This document shows positions 12,483 to 24,761 of a stretch of 64,000 nt of DNA, in pieces. The stretch spans positions 372,001-436,000 of the forward strand of contig JANHCV010000001.1 of NCBI GenBank assembly GCA_025594325.1, in the 5' to 3' direction. Numbering within the stretch: the stretch's first letter is position 1; each line of letters begins with the position of its first letter. Below the pieces are notes generated by a model that was not told where the DNA came from, searched no databases, and saw only the letters and a list, made by a program, of their open reading frames with translations. Position numbers and translations under genes: made by a program. The DNA is from Blastocladiella emersonii ATCC 22665. Lineage: Eukaryota > Fungi > Blastocladiomycota.

Positions 12483-13214
12483 GGTGATTTGCGATCATGG
12501 GTCGTGGGTATGGGTTTGAGGCGGGAGAAGGAGCTGTGAACGGGCACTGCGCCCGCTGCGGCGCCACCGAGGGAGAGTGACTCCTCTCTCCCGCCGCAGC
12601 GAAAGCAAACCCTGCGCCGGGCCCTGTGGTTTGTGGTTCACCTCGAGTGGGGCGGCCGTCCTTGAGAGACGCGTCGCGCCACCTGCGAGCCGCGAGACTC
12701 GGGCGCGAGACACGGGGCCGCGCGGCGAACGAACGCCACCCGGCGCGCGGTCACGCTTCTCTGTCCGGGCGGGTCACGCCGGCGGTTCGGCATCGGCCCT
12801 CGGGACGTGTGGCGTCGGCGTCGGTGGTTGCGCTGCTCCCCCTTCCTCGCCTGCGCCGCCCTTGCCCCTCGTCCCTTCTCTCCTCGCTGCAACCGACCAC
12901 GCACGCACGCATCTCCACGCATCGCGCCGCCCGCTGGCCTCGCCGCCGACTCGCTCAACCGCACGCGCTCCCGTGCGCGACGACGCCGCAGCGACCTCCA
13001 CGCATCCTCGCACCTGCACCAGAGCGAGCGGCGACGCCACCCGCACGCCACTTGTCGCGCGCGTGTCCTCCCGCCTCGGACACGGGCAGCTGCACCGTTT
13101 CAGCCCTGCGCTGCTGGCTGTCGTCGTCCGTCGACCCTGCCTGGTCGCTGCCGACCTGCACTCGCCCTCGAGTGGCGCCGATCCCGACCTGCAGCCACCC
13201 GTCCCTGAACCGCC

Positions 13215-16200
13215 ATGCCCGAGAAGACGCCGCCCACGGGGCCCACCACGCTGATCGCCGCCAACGGCACCCCTGTCATTGCCGAGCTCATGGCGCCCGC
13301 TACCCCATCGACTTCGTCGTCGCACCGCGCCTCGGTGCTGCCGAGCGACCCGCGGTTCGGAACCTCGCACGCGTGGCTGCTGCGCCTCTTCAAGTCCGAC
13401 TTCTTTGACGAGTGGATGGCCATCCACTACCTGTTCCTGTACGCCGCCCACGACGGCATCCAGCACTACCTGTGCGAGGAGCTGCGCAAGTTCAACGTCG
13501 CGAGCGTCCAGGAGTACCTGCCGCAGCTCTGGTACTTGATCTCTTCTTTCGCGTTCTTGGTTCGCCCTGCTCACGTCCCCGTCATCTGTAGCCACATCCT
13601 CGTCATCAACCCCGGCATGACCCACCTCGAGTCGCTCATCGTCAACCGCTGCCGCATCTCGACCCACTTTGCCCTCCTGGTACGCCCGCTGCTCCCTCAC
13701 ACATCCCTTGATCGCGCCCGCTAACCCTCCACCGCCACCCGCAGACCCTCTGGTACTTCCAGTCGTACCTCGCCGACCTCGAAGAGTTTGGCGAGTCGCT
13801 CGCCCACATCATGTGCGCCCGCGTCATTGCCACCGTCGAGCGCATCATCCACGCCCGCGACGACACGGACGACGAGGCCGAGCCCGAGCCCGACTCTTCT
13901 TCCCCCGACGACGCCGCTGCTCCCGTACCTGCCGTCGCCCCGGCCGCCACGGGCCCCGTCGTCTCGGCCACGGGCTCGGTGCCCTCAACCTCGGCCGCGT
14001 CGCCGCCGACCTCCCCGCGCGCCATGTCGCGCAGCGTGTCGCAGGGCGGCCCGCACGGGCCCGCGGGGCTCGCGAGCCTGCGCATGCCGTCGGCGAGCCC
14101 GTCGCTCGAGGACCTGCACAAGGGCAAGGCCTTCTCGTTCTCGCACTTTGTCTCGCGCGTCGCCGCGTCTTCCTCGGCCGGATCGCCGTCTGGGTCGGGT
14201 ACCGCGTCCAAGCGGTCGTCCGTGTCGTCGACGCACAGCGCGAGTCGCCCGAACTCCTCGCCCGACAGCCCGCTCCCGCCGGGCAGCGGTGCGCAGACGC
14301 CGCACCGGCGCGCGTCCATCACGTCGATCCTGAACGCCGAGGCCATGGTGGCGCAGGACCCGAAGCTGCTGGAGCAGTACTACTTCCACTCGGAGCTGCA
14401 GTTCATGGCGGCGCTCGTGGCCATCAGCGAGCGGCTGGTGCCCGTGCCGCGCGAGGCGCGCCAGTCGACGCTGACCGCCGAGCTCACGCTGCTCAACCAC
14501 AACTTCCCGGCGCCCGTCTGCATCCCGCTGTGGTGCCAGGCCACGGGCGCGCGACGCCACCACCAGATCGTCCGTATCAGCCCCGTCGACGCCGTCGTGC
14601 TCAACTCGGCCGACCGCGTCCCGTTCCTCCTGTTCATCGAGGTCATCGAGGACGACGACGAGTGTACGCCCGACTGCGACCACGACGAGTCGGTCGTCCA
14701 CACCGAGCCGACCGCGAAACGCGGGATCGTCCGTCGCCGGTCCTCGCTCTCGCTCCTCTCGACGCCGCCCGCGGGTGGGAGTAACGCCGACCTCGCGGCC
14801 GCGCCCGTGTCGCCCGGCGGCATCCGCAAGTCGCCCTCGACGCCCGCCATCCTCGACCCCGCCACCCCTACGCCGCCGCCCGCCAACCCGGCCGCCGGCC
14901 CCGTGATCCCGGGCGCCGCGACCCTGATCCCGGGGTTCATCCCGCACCACGAGTTCGAGGACCGCATGCGCACCGCGGCGATCATGCTGGCGCAGCTGGC
15001 GGTGCAGGAGCAGGCCGCGCACGGTGGCGCTGACGATGCTGCGGCTGCTCGCCGTGGCGCCCGGCGCGGGTCCCGCAAGCGCCGCGCGGGCAACGCGCCC
15101 AAGCTCACCGAGGAGATCCGGTCGCGCATTCTCAAGGAGATGATGGCGCTCGAGGAGCGCCGCGTCGCGGCCCTCCGCGAGTGGCACGCTGCCGAGGCCG
15201 CGGCGCGCGCTAGCGCGGGGTACATGGCGGACCACGACGACGGCGACGGCGGCGAGGCGGGGACAAGGGAGGCCGAGGTCAACGGGACCCGCGCGGCGGC
15301 GGCGGCGGTCCCCGCCAACGGCTCGCGCCGCGACTCGACGGCGACCAACGGCAGTTCCGCGACCACGGTCGAGCGGCGGCAGCGGCAGGGGTCGATGCCC
15401 GTGGTGGGCACCGGTTCATCCAATGGCGGTGCAGCAGGCGCGGCGCTCGTCATGGACAAGGAGGACCCGTCGAGCGCGGTGGTCCGCGAGACGTGGGCGC
15501 GCAAGCGGCACCGGATCCGCGCGTCGTCGACGTTCGGGCAGCACGCCAAGTGGAACCTGCTATCGGTGATCGTCAAGACGGGCGCCGACCTGCGGCAGGA
15601 GCAGCTCGCGTGCCAGCTGATCCGCGAGATGGCTCGCGTGTGGACGGGCGCCGAGGCCGGGTGCTGGGTGTACCCGTTCCGGGTGCTGGTGACGGGGCAG
15701 AGCCACGGGATCATCGAGACGGTGCGCAACACCATTTCGATCCACTCGCTGAAAAAGGACGCGTACGCGCGCGTCGGCGACCACTTCACGCTCAAGCACT
15801 TTTTCGTGGCCGAGTTCGGCCCCGAGTCGTCGCCCGCGTACGCGCGCGCCGTCGAGTGCTTCACCGAGTCGCTCGCGGGGTACTCGATCATGAGCTACGT
15901 GCTCAACCTCAAGGACCGGCACAACGGCAACATTTTGCTCGACTACACGACGGGCCACCTCGTTCACATCGACTTTGGGTTCATGCTGTCCAACAGCCCG
16001 GGCGCGGTCGGGTTCGAGTCGGCGCCCTTCAAGCTCGCGCACGAGTACGTGGAGCTGCTCGACGGGTTCGGGTCGCCGCGGTTCCGCGACTGGCGCAACC
16101 GCATGGTCCAGGGGTTCCTCGCCCTGCGCCGCCACCACGAGCGCGTCGTCGGCCTCGTCGAGATCATGGAGCGGTCGTCGCCCCTCGACTGCTTCTCGTA

Positions 16201-16507
16201 CACGTCGCTCCAGGCCGTCGCGTCCGCGTCGTCGTCGTCGGCCGGGTCCAACGCGTCGTCGCCCGTCCCGCCACCACCACCACCAGCGTCCTCGGCTGCG
16301 GCGCCGTCGTCGAACGGCGGGAACACGGCCCTCGCGGCGCCGGCCCCATTACCCGTGGCGGCGGCGCTGCGCGACCGGCTGCTCCTGTCGCTGACGGACG
16401 CGCAGGTGGCCGATTTCGTCGACCGGCTCATCGCCTCGTCCATGGGCAACGTGTTCACGCGCCTGTACGACGGGTTCCAGTACTACACGCAGGGCGTCAT
16501 GGCCTGA
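13215..16507 (+). CDS. PIK1: phosphatidylinositol 4-kinase (type III beta, Pik1), exons 13215-13531, 13592-13679, 13745-16507
   Basis: N-terminal LLRLFKSDFFDEWMAIHYL; kinase motifs VIVKTGADLRQEQLACQLI, LKDRHNGNILLD and HIDFGFMLSNSPG.VGFESAPFKL; C-terminal LYDGFQY. Both introns are canonical and in phase. Confidence 0.96.
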
Positions 16508-16655
16508 TTCTCTCCTCCTCATTTGTTGTGTCCTTCCTCTCTACTATCTACACGTCACGCCACGCATACCTCTCCTCGCTCGCACCAATACAAGATGATG
16601 ATGTTGTCTGAATCAGTCGCACGCAATGCATGTATTGGTTTTCTTCTCTCGGGCG

Positions 16656-17678
16656 TCACACGAGCACGACGGGCGCCGTCGCTCGCCTCCGCGGCGGCGG
16701 TCCCGCGGCCGCCGCGAACCACCCGTCCCTCCTCGCCTGCGCACGGCTCACGACCTCGACCATTGGCGCGACCGCCGCGTCGTCGTCGGCCTGGACGAGC
16801 CCGTCGAACCGCGGGTGGCCCGAGCGTGACACGCGGCCCGCGAGGAACACGCGCGTGTACGTCGTCGCGCTCGCGGCCGACGCGGTGGCGGTCGCTTTCG
16901 CGGCGTCGAACACGGGCAGGTACCACGGACACAGGACCTGCAGCTGCGAGTGCACGAAGTCGGCCTCGGCTTCGAGCCGGAGGACGGCCAGGTCCGTGTC
17001 GGTGTCGTCCGACTCGTCGTCGTCGTCGTCGTCGTCGGCTTCTGGTGGCGGTAGTGCGACAGCGGGTTCCCTCCTCGCCGCGTCGCGCTTGCGCAGCTTC
17101 TTGAGCTCGCGGCGCCGCCGCTGGGCCGCGGTCGCGAGCGCGACGGCCGGGTCCGCCTCCACCACCTCGCTGTCGCTCTCGCTGGCCTCGGACTCGCTCG
17201 ACGCCACCCCCAGCGCGCCGTGCCGCCGCCCGTCGCCCGCGCGCGTGCGGTCGCGGCCGGGCGTGTAGTGCGTGGGCGCCTGGCCGCGCGCGCGCGGCGT
17301 CGCGGGGGCCGTGGCCGCGGCCAGCGGCACGTTGTCGGCGGCGTTGTCGCCGAAGTACTCGGTGCGGCGCGAGGTGCGGCGGCGGCGGCGGCCGGACGTG
17401 GCGGCGGGGTCGGCGAGGGGTGGCGGTGGTGGGGAGGTGGAGGGGAGGAGGTCAGCGTCCGAGTCGGCATCGGTGGCGGGTGCGGGGGCGGCGGGACGCC
17501 GTGATGTGGAGGCGGAGGAGAGGAGGCCGAGCAGCGGGTCGGCCGGGTCGAGCCCGAGATCGGCCAGGTTGAGCCCGGCGAGGTCGAGCGGGAGGACGCC
17601 GAGGTCGACGTCCGAGTCGGCGGCAGCCGCGGGCTTCTTGCCGGTGCCCGTGGAGCGGGACTTTTTCTTGCGAGCCAT
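16656..17678 (-). CDS. hypothetical protein with basic N-terminus and acidic tracts (about 340 aa)
   Basis: ATG at 17678 (MARKKKSRSTG...) inside ORF 16656..17861; GC3-biased; putative NLS-like basic clusters. No recognisable domain. Confidence 0.65.
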   Translation of the reverse strand: MARKKKSRSTGTGKKPAAAADSDVDLGVLPLDLAGLNLADLGLDPADPLLGLLSSASTSRRPAAPAPATDADSDADLLPSTSPPPPPLADPAATSGRRRRRTSRRTEYFGDNAADNVPLAAATAPATPRARGQAPTHYTPGRDRTRAGDGRRHGALGVASSESEASESDSEVVEADPAVALATAAQRRRRELKKLRKRDAARREPAVALPPPEADDDDDDDESDDTDTDLAVLRLEAEADFVHSQLQVLCPWYLPVFDAAKATATASAASATTYTRVFLAGRVSRSGHPRFDGLVQADDDAAVAPMVEVVSRAQARRDGWFAAAAGPPPRRRATAPVVLV

Positions 17679-18201
17679 GGGAATAACGTTGCAAACAAAC
17701 GAGGTGGTGGTGGTTGAGGGGAGAGAGAGAGGAGAGGCGTGGTGGCGTGCAGGAGACAACACGGGGGCGACCGGGGCGCCCGAAAATTGCGGAGGTCTGG
17801 TTGAGTCGGTCGACAGGTCAGCTCTCGCCGTCGTCGTCGTAAACCACCGCAAGACGCACACGACAGAAGAGAAGAGAGGGAACAGGCGAGGGGCGGGCGT
17901 CGTTACGCGCCGTCGTCGTCTCCCGAGGCGGCGGCAGCCATGGCGGACGAGGCGTGGCGGCGGGCGCGGCGGGCGGACGAGGTCAAGGGCGGGGGAGAGA
18001 GAGGGGATCGTGTCGACGGTGTCGTCGTCGTCGTTGTCGCTTCGTTGCGTTGCTCCGAGTAGTAGGCCTTACAGGGGAGGAGAGAGGAGAGAGGGAGCCG
18101 AACGTGACGGCCGCGCGCACAAAGACGTGTCCCGACCGGCGACCACCGACTACTGCTCTAGAGTAAAACTACGATATATCGGACTCACGCGCCAAGTCAC
18201 C

Positions 18202-20347
18202 TCACAGCAGCACCGTCTTGGCCTGGTTCTTGCGCGTGATCGCGATCTTGACCTGCTTGGCGCCCTCCTCCTTGAACGCCTGCTTGAGGTCCTTTTTCGC
18301 CGTCCGCCGTTCCCGCTTGGCCTCCTTGAGCGCCTGCTTGCGCTGCCGCTTCTCGTCCTTGTCCTCGTACTTGGGCCGCGCCGTTCCGAGGTTGACCACC
18401 TCGACGAGCTCCTCCTCGTCGCTCGACTCGTCGTCGTCGCTCGCCTCGTTGCCGCGGCAGCGGAGCGAGGGAGACGAGAACACGGGCAGACCCGTCTTCG
18501 GGTCGAGCGCGATCGTCGGCGCCGACCGGTCCATGGTCTGCGCCGCCACGGCCACCGCGGGCTTGGCCTCCGACTCCTCGCCCTCGCCACCGGCAGCAGC
18601 AGCCGCAGCCGCGGCAGCCTTGGCCGCCTCGGCCTCGCGCTTGCGACGGCGGCGGCCGCGCTCCGAGATGACCGTCGGGTGGTTGTCGAGGTTCGAGTAG
18701 GTCGACAGGATCGACTCGCAGTCCCACTTCTCGTTCTCGTACTTGTCCTCGATGATGAAGGGCTGGGGCAGGTCGCGGTCGTCGTCCGAGTCGGGCGCGT
18801 CCTTGACCTCCGAGTACGCGTACTTGGCGAGGTCAATCGGCGGGAGCGGGTTGCCGTCCTCGTCGGTGCGCATCATGCGGCGGACAATCTCGTACTGCCC
18901 GACACCGCCGCCCTGCGCCTTGAGGTTCTCGTACGGCGTGTTGTGGGTCGTGACCGCCGTCTTGGTCAGGAACTCGTCGAGCAGCGCGTTCATGTACTCC
19001 TTTTGCTCGGCGTTGTACGCCGGCGGCGGCGCCACGTCGACGGCGCCCAGCTCCTCGTCCGCGTACTGCAGCTCGACCATGTCGAACCGCTCGTCCAGGA
19101 TCTCCAGGTGCGACGTCCGCGACAGAATCGACGATGACATGGACGACATGGACAGCGTGTCGTCCTCGTCCTCCTTGCGCTTGAGCCCGAGCTCGCGCGC
19201 GCGGCGCCGCAAGGCGCGGATCTCCTCGGGCACCGTCTCGTCGTTCTCGCCGTAGTCGTACTCCTCGCCGCCCTCGTCGTCCGACCGGCCGCCCGCCGCG
19301 CCGTCGGAACCGACATCGCTACCGGCGTCGTCGGCCACCTGCAGGTGCTTGATCTTGGCCGCCATGGTCCAGTCGAGCACCTCGGGCAGCTTGTCGGCGT
19401 CGGCCTTGGCGCGCTCCGCGTCGCCGACGAGTTCGAGCAGGTCGCCCAGGTCGCCGTCGAGCTCGTCGAGCGCGAGCGCCTCGAAATACCGGTCGTCGTC
19501 CTCGACGTACGCGTCGTCCTCGAGCGCGTACATGACCTCGCGCACCTCCTCGGGCAGGTCGAGCCCGAGCCCCATGCCGTCGTCGTGCGACGCCATGCCC
19601 ACCACGTTGCGCGGCAGCTCGTTGGCCGACGCGAGGGCTTCTGCGGGGAGGTCACCGCCGGTGGCGGGGGTGTCGTCGTGGAACTGGATCCCGCCCGTGC
19701 TGCGGCCCTTCTTCTTGGCGTCCGGGTCCGCCGCCGCAACGAAGACGGCGCCCGCCTGGCCCATGGGCTTCAGGTGCTTCAGGTAGTCGTACTCGCGGTC
19801 GTCGTAGTAGATGCCGAACAGCGCCGCCTTGCCGGCCTTGCTACAGATCGCGATGGGTGGCGGGTTAGCCCGAGTCGCGGGATAGATCGGAGAGGGAAAA
19901 AGCGTACGTCTCGGCGTCAACGTCGGCGTCTGCTGGTGGCGCGCTCACGCGGGCGGCCGCTTTCCGGGATGATGGGCCGGCCTCCTCGTCGTCCTCCTCG
20001 CCCTCGACGTCGTCGAACACGCCAGCGGCACGCGGCTCCTCGCCCTCCTCGCCGTCCTCGTCCGAGTAGTCCTCGTCCGAGTAGTACTCATCCGAGTAGT
20101 ACTCCCCCTCGCTATCGAGGTCGCGCGGCTCCATGACATCGACGAGATCCGCATCCACCTCGTACGGGTTTGGGATGGCGTCGGGGTTCTTCTTGAAGAT
20201 CTTGTTCAGATTGGGCGACGCCAGCACGGGCTTGAGCACGTACGGCGACGCCTCCTCGCTGTGGATGGCCGCGTCGCGCTGCGACCGGTGCACCACCTGG
20301 TAGTGCCGCGCCTCGCGCTTGTTGATGAACGGCTTCTTCTTGCCCAT
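18202..20347 (-). CDS. LTV1: 40S ribosome biogenesis factor Ltv1, exons 20347-19908 and 19840-18202
   Basis: N-terminal KKPFINKREARHYQVVHRSQRD, AALFGIYYDDREYDYLKHLKP, WDCESILSTYSNLDNHP, and C-terminal EKRQRKQALKEAKRERRTAKK. Intron 19907-19841 (GTACGC, GCTAAC branch, GTAG). Confidence 0.93.
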
Positions 20348-20570
20348 GGTCGGTTGTTGATGCGTTGCAGGAGTCCGTAGCGTCACGGTTGGCGGTGACG
20401 TGGAGGTGGCGGCGGCGGCCGTGATGGTGGTGGCGTCGCAGCCGAGACAGAAGGATCGCTGTGTGTATTCGCGTCACGTGGGCGCGGCTGACCCGTCGCC
20501 TGGCCCGACGCGACACGCGTTTCTTTGAGTTGCCAAGAATAACCGATATGTATAAACCCATCATCCCCGA

Positions 20571-22333
20571 CTACTGCCCACCACGCTTCTTGAACACGAC
20601 GCGGATCCCGACGGGGTGCGTGAGGATCCCGGGCACCGTCTTTGGGGTCCCACTGAGCGCGGCCGCGTCGCCGACCGTGGTCCACTCGTACCGCGCGAGG
20701 AGCATGGCCATGATCGTGCGCTGCTCGATGATCGCAAACTGCATCCCGAGGCAGATCCGCTGCCCGCCGCTGAACGGCACCCACGCGTAGTCGAAGGCGC
20801 CCGGGTGCAGCGGCAGCGCGTCCTCGCCGGCCTTGCCACCGCCAAACTTGGCCCACCGCTCGGGCCGGAACTCGTCCGCGTCCTCGCCCCACACGGCGCG
20901 CGACCGCTGCAGCAGCAGGATGTTGGGCGACACGTGCGCGCCGGCGGGGAGACGGGTCCCGTCTGACAGCGTCGTGGGCGTCGTCACGCGGCGGATCGGC
21001 AGCACGCCGATGCTCGGGAACAGGCGCTGCGCCTCCTGCAGCACGTGCGTCAGGTACGCCAGGTGCGCCTGCTGCTCGTTGGTCGGGTACGCGGCGTCGG
21101 CGGCCGCGGGGGAGGGTGCGGCGGCGCCAGGGACGCCGAGCGCGGCCAGGACCTCGGCGCGCGCCTTGGCCTGGACGTCCGGGTGCAGGCCCAGCAGGTA
21201 GATGGTGAAGGTCAGCGCGTTGGCCGTCGTGTCGTGGCCCGCGAGGAAGAAGGCGACCGTGTTGGCGCGCAGGTCCTCGCGCGAGAAATCGCCCGCGTCC
21301 TGCGCCGCGATCATGAGGTCGAGCAGGTCGCGCGAGTCGCGGTCCGCCTCCTCGTCGTCGCCCTTCCCCGCCCGCGCGGCGTTGGCGGCGCGCTTGGCGT
21401 CGATCAGCGCGAAAATGTACTCGTTGAACTCGGCCACGTCGCGGCGGAACACCTGCGTCGACGGCAGCCACGCCGCGAGCCGCGGGAACACGGTGCGCAC
21501 GGGCGCGAACATGCCGTCGAGGATCCGGTGGTACAGCTGCACCGTGGCGTTGTGCGGGTCGTCGACCGCGTTGAACTCGCGCCCGAACGCCGACACGCAC
21601 AGCGCGTCCAGCGTCACGCGCTGCATCCAGTCGGCGATGTCGACCTCGCTGCCCGACGCGGACAGGGCGTCGAAGTGCTCGAGCATCCGACGCGCCGGCG
21701 TCGCGAACAGGGACGTCGGCCAGCCGCGGCGGAACGCCGGCGTCACGACCTTGCGGTGACGCTTCCAGTCGTGCAGCTACGCAGGCGGGTCGCGCGAGTG
21801 AGCGATCGTGCCCGCGGCAAAAGCAGCGAGCACAGGGAGCGTACCGGCGTCTGCGCAATGTTCGCGCCGAGAAAGGACATCGTATCCCCGAGCCCGAGCT
21901 CGTCAAAGGTCACCCGGTCAAAGGTGTCCTGGTGGTTCACCACGAGCTTGAAGTCCTCGCTATTGCAAATCGAGACCGCCCACCCGCCGAGAAAGTACAT
22001 GACAAAGTTGCCCGGCGTGTGGTCGGGCGCCGCGACGAGCCCGCGGGCGTACGCGGCGCGCGCCGTGTCCTTGCCCATCACGAGCACGGCCTCCATGAAC
22101 CCGAGCCCGCTCGCAAACAGCCACGTCGTCTTCCACGCCGGGTGCGCGACCAGGTGGCGCAGGTGGCGCGGCACGCGGCGAGCCCAGATGGCGCGGAGCA
22201 GGGCCGCGGCGGCGAGCACGGCGGCGGCGGTCGCGACTCCGCGGCGAGAGGTCGGGACCCGGCGAGCGACGGACGGCAGGTACGCGTCGAGCGTGTCGAG
22301 CGCCGAGTGGCTTAGTGTTGATAGAACTCCCAT
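20571..22333 (-). CDS. cytochrome P450, exons 22333-21845 and 21776-20571
   Basis: WKRHRK C-helix, AGHDTT I-helix, EAQR (ExxR), FRPERW, and heme motif PFSGGQRICLG. Phase-0 intron 21844-21777 (GTACGC..GTAG). Confidence 0.96.
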
Positions 22334-24102
22334 GGTGTGTGTTGATACGTTGGTGGTGAAGAGAGGGGAGAGGGAGGGAGCGGGCGACGCGTCGACGTTT
22401 TATACCCGCGCGAGCGCGCACCGTGCCGTGTTGACGCCCGGCTCCCCGTCGCGCCGTGTTGATGCCAGGCACTCGTCTGCGTCACTCGCACTTGTTGACG
22501 GGCGGGCAGGGACTTGTTGTTGACGACCGGCGGACGGGCTGGTGGTTGTTGATGGGCGGGCGGACCCGGGACCAGGCGACGCGTCGACGCAGCACGGCGA
22601 ATCGCGTGCACGAGGCTGCGGGTTCTTCCGGCAGGCGTGGCACCTGATTTGCTGCAGCGCGGCCCCTGCCTCTCCTGCCGATCCTCTTGTCCCTGAGACC
22701 TGCAACACATGCAGCGAATGGAAGACTGCATGCATCGCTCTTGGCTTCGAGGCGCTCGCCAGCTGAGGAGCACGCGGCGCACGCGCGCTGACGGCGAGCC
22801 GCGGCAGTCGTGGACCCTGTCGCCGCTCTCAATCGCTCTCTCGAGTCGTCCCTGCGACGTGGTAGCGCTATGCAGCTAAACCGCCTCGCAGAAACCCGCA
22901 TCCTCGTCTTGTCGGCTGGACCGGCAGCTTGCGATGCGGGACCTCGCTGGTGCGTGGTTTTGGCGACAAAAATCGCCCATATCCAAAGCTACATGGTCTT
23001 AGTTGCCGCGAAGACCGCCGTGAACCTTGCTCCATTCGCGCAGACTCACCGTGCGACTTCCGTGGGCGAGTTCTTGCCTCCGCGGACCTGCTCGCTTGCT
23101 GATTGTCCGCGGTCCGGTGGTTTCAGCGAGGCACGCGGTCACTCGCGAACGGCCCGAGGACTTGGCTAAGGATGATGTTGAGGGCCTCTCGTCCGCGTTC
23201 TTGTCATGTGCCTGCTATCGGCACGCGTTGACCCGACTCGCGCCCGCGCAACGCTTCCGTTTCAGTCCATCACACGAGATCCGGTCGGTTTCGGCCATGT
23301 CGATCTCTCTCAACGACGAGGGCAGGAACTCGTACGCTGTGCCGCCGCTCTCCGGTCAGATTCGTGGAACCTCCCTCATACGGTATTGTTTGCGCACCCG
23401 CTGCTCGCGAAGACGGTGGTCGATCCGGTCGTCATGGCGGAGCGTACGATGTGGCCATTGAGACCCGTCGTTGCTGGTTTCAATTGAGGGCTATGTGGAT
23501 CGTGGCCAAACGCACGTCGAGGATGGTCCGATGTAGCCTCCCGCGTGACGCGGCGTCGCGGGACACTTCAGATGCGAGACGCGTTCGTGGGACCCGCGTC
23601 GAGCCCTCACGCTTTGCTCACAACTTACGGCTGTGGGCGATGCGAAAGTCGAGTACTTTGTGAACCAGGGGGGACTTAGCCCCCCTGTTGTGAACGACAA
23701 ATCGTCGCGGGCTGAAGGTGGGATGCAAGGTGCACGTGAGTGGCGCAACGCGTCTTCGCGACAGGCGGGAGGGTAAAAGGGAGCGCGGGCGCGGGCTCCA
23801 GTCACATTCCACTATAACAGGTCAAGAGTCCGCAAAAAACGCGGTAGACGAGAGTGAACGAAGAGTGAACGAAGAGTAAAAAACGAGTCGAACGGGTACG
23901 AGCGGGGAAAGCGAGTCGGGTGAGAGCGAGGACAAGGTGATCGATCGATGCGGATGAGCGGGAGGGAGAACAGCAATTCAAGGAGAGTAGGAAAGGGAGA
24001 CGAGGGTTGGGGAACCTAGCGGCACAGTCCTTGGTCAGCGTGCCCAGCATCGGCGTGACGTTGATGTCGTTGTTCTTGTGCCCGAGCTGATGATGTGCCG
24101 CA

Positions 24103-24489
24103 ATTTCCGAGGAGTGGGACGCCAAGGACGACGACGACGCGTGCTGCATCCGCGACCGCCCGTCGATGCGCCTCTTCGTCGTGATCGGCGCGACCGTCCC
24201 GCGGTTCCTCTTCAGCCGTCTCGGGATCAAAGAGCCCGTGACGCCCGACGAGCTGATGCTGCTGGGCGAGGAATGGGCGCAGTGGAACAAGGCCGTCAAC
24301 AACGCGATGCTCAGCCCGCAGGGCCGCGCCGCCTTCATGACCATGGTCCTCCAGTACCTGGCCGACATGGACGACGTGGACGAAATGGGCAACCCGCGCA
24401 ACGGCAAGCGCGAGTACATGAAGGTGGTCAAGCGCGTGGCCGAGGTCGCGCTGACCATCCTGGAAGGTTCAGTGTCGCCGTTCATGTAA
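24103..24489 (+). pseudogene. coding-like fragment without a clean 5' end (hypothetical gene remnant or short CDS from ATG 24166)
   Basis: Strong host codon bias from about 24105 (EEWDAKDDDD...MRLFVVIG...EYMKVVKRVAEVALTILEG). Immediately upstream the same frame has TGA TGA. Confidence 0.45.
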
Positions 24490-24514
24490 CCATTCATTAG
24501 CATTAGCTTATCTA

Positions 24515-24552
24515 TCCCTCCCTCCCTCCCTCCCTCCCTCCCTCCCTCCCTC
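24515..24552 (+). repeat. (TCCC)n microsatellite, about 9.5 units
   Basis: Directly visible tandem repeat. Confidence 0.9.
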
Positions 24553-24761
24553 AACAATACACTTGACACACCACCCGTTCGTTGCGCACTACTCACTTTG
24601 ACCGCCGTTCCGTGACTCAACGAGCCCTTGCGTTGTCAGCCGCTACGCGCTTCGCTCGGCCAGCTCAGCTCTTGTACTTGGACGTGTGTCAGTGTCGCGC
24701 GCAAAGGGAGGTCAATCATCAAAGTGTATTCATCTTCATCGTCGTGACGAGCGACCGATTC

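Noticed and set aside
7983-22333. Secondary-metabolite cluster around the P450
   Set aside because: No PKS, NRPS, terpene synthase or transporter nearby; the neighbours are housekeeping genes.
23666-23687. Perfect hairpin CAGGGGGG-ACTTAG-CCCCCCTG as a terminator or element end
   Set aside because: Isolated homopolymer stem with no U-tract, partner end or target-site duplication; intrinsic terminators are not expected in this context.
24076-24093. TGC CCG AGC TGA TGA TGT, readable as a C-P-S-U-U-C selenoprotein redox motif in frame with the 24166 ORF
   Set aside because: No SECIS-like element is recognisable downstream, the protein resembles no selenoprotein family I know, and the codons upstream look like the antisense of a minus-strand frame. 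A SECISearch3/Seblastian hit would reopen it.
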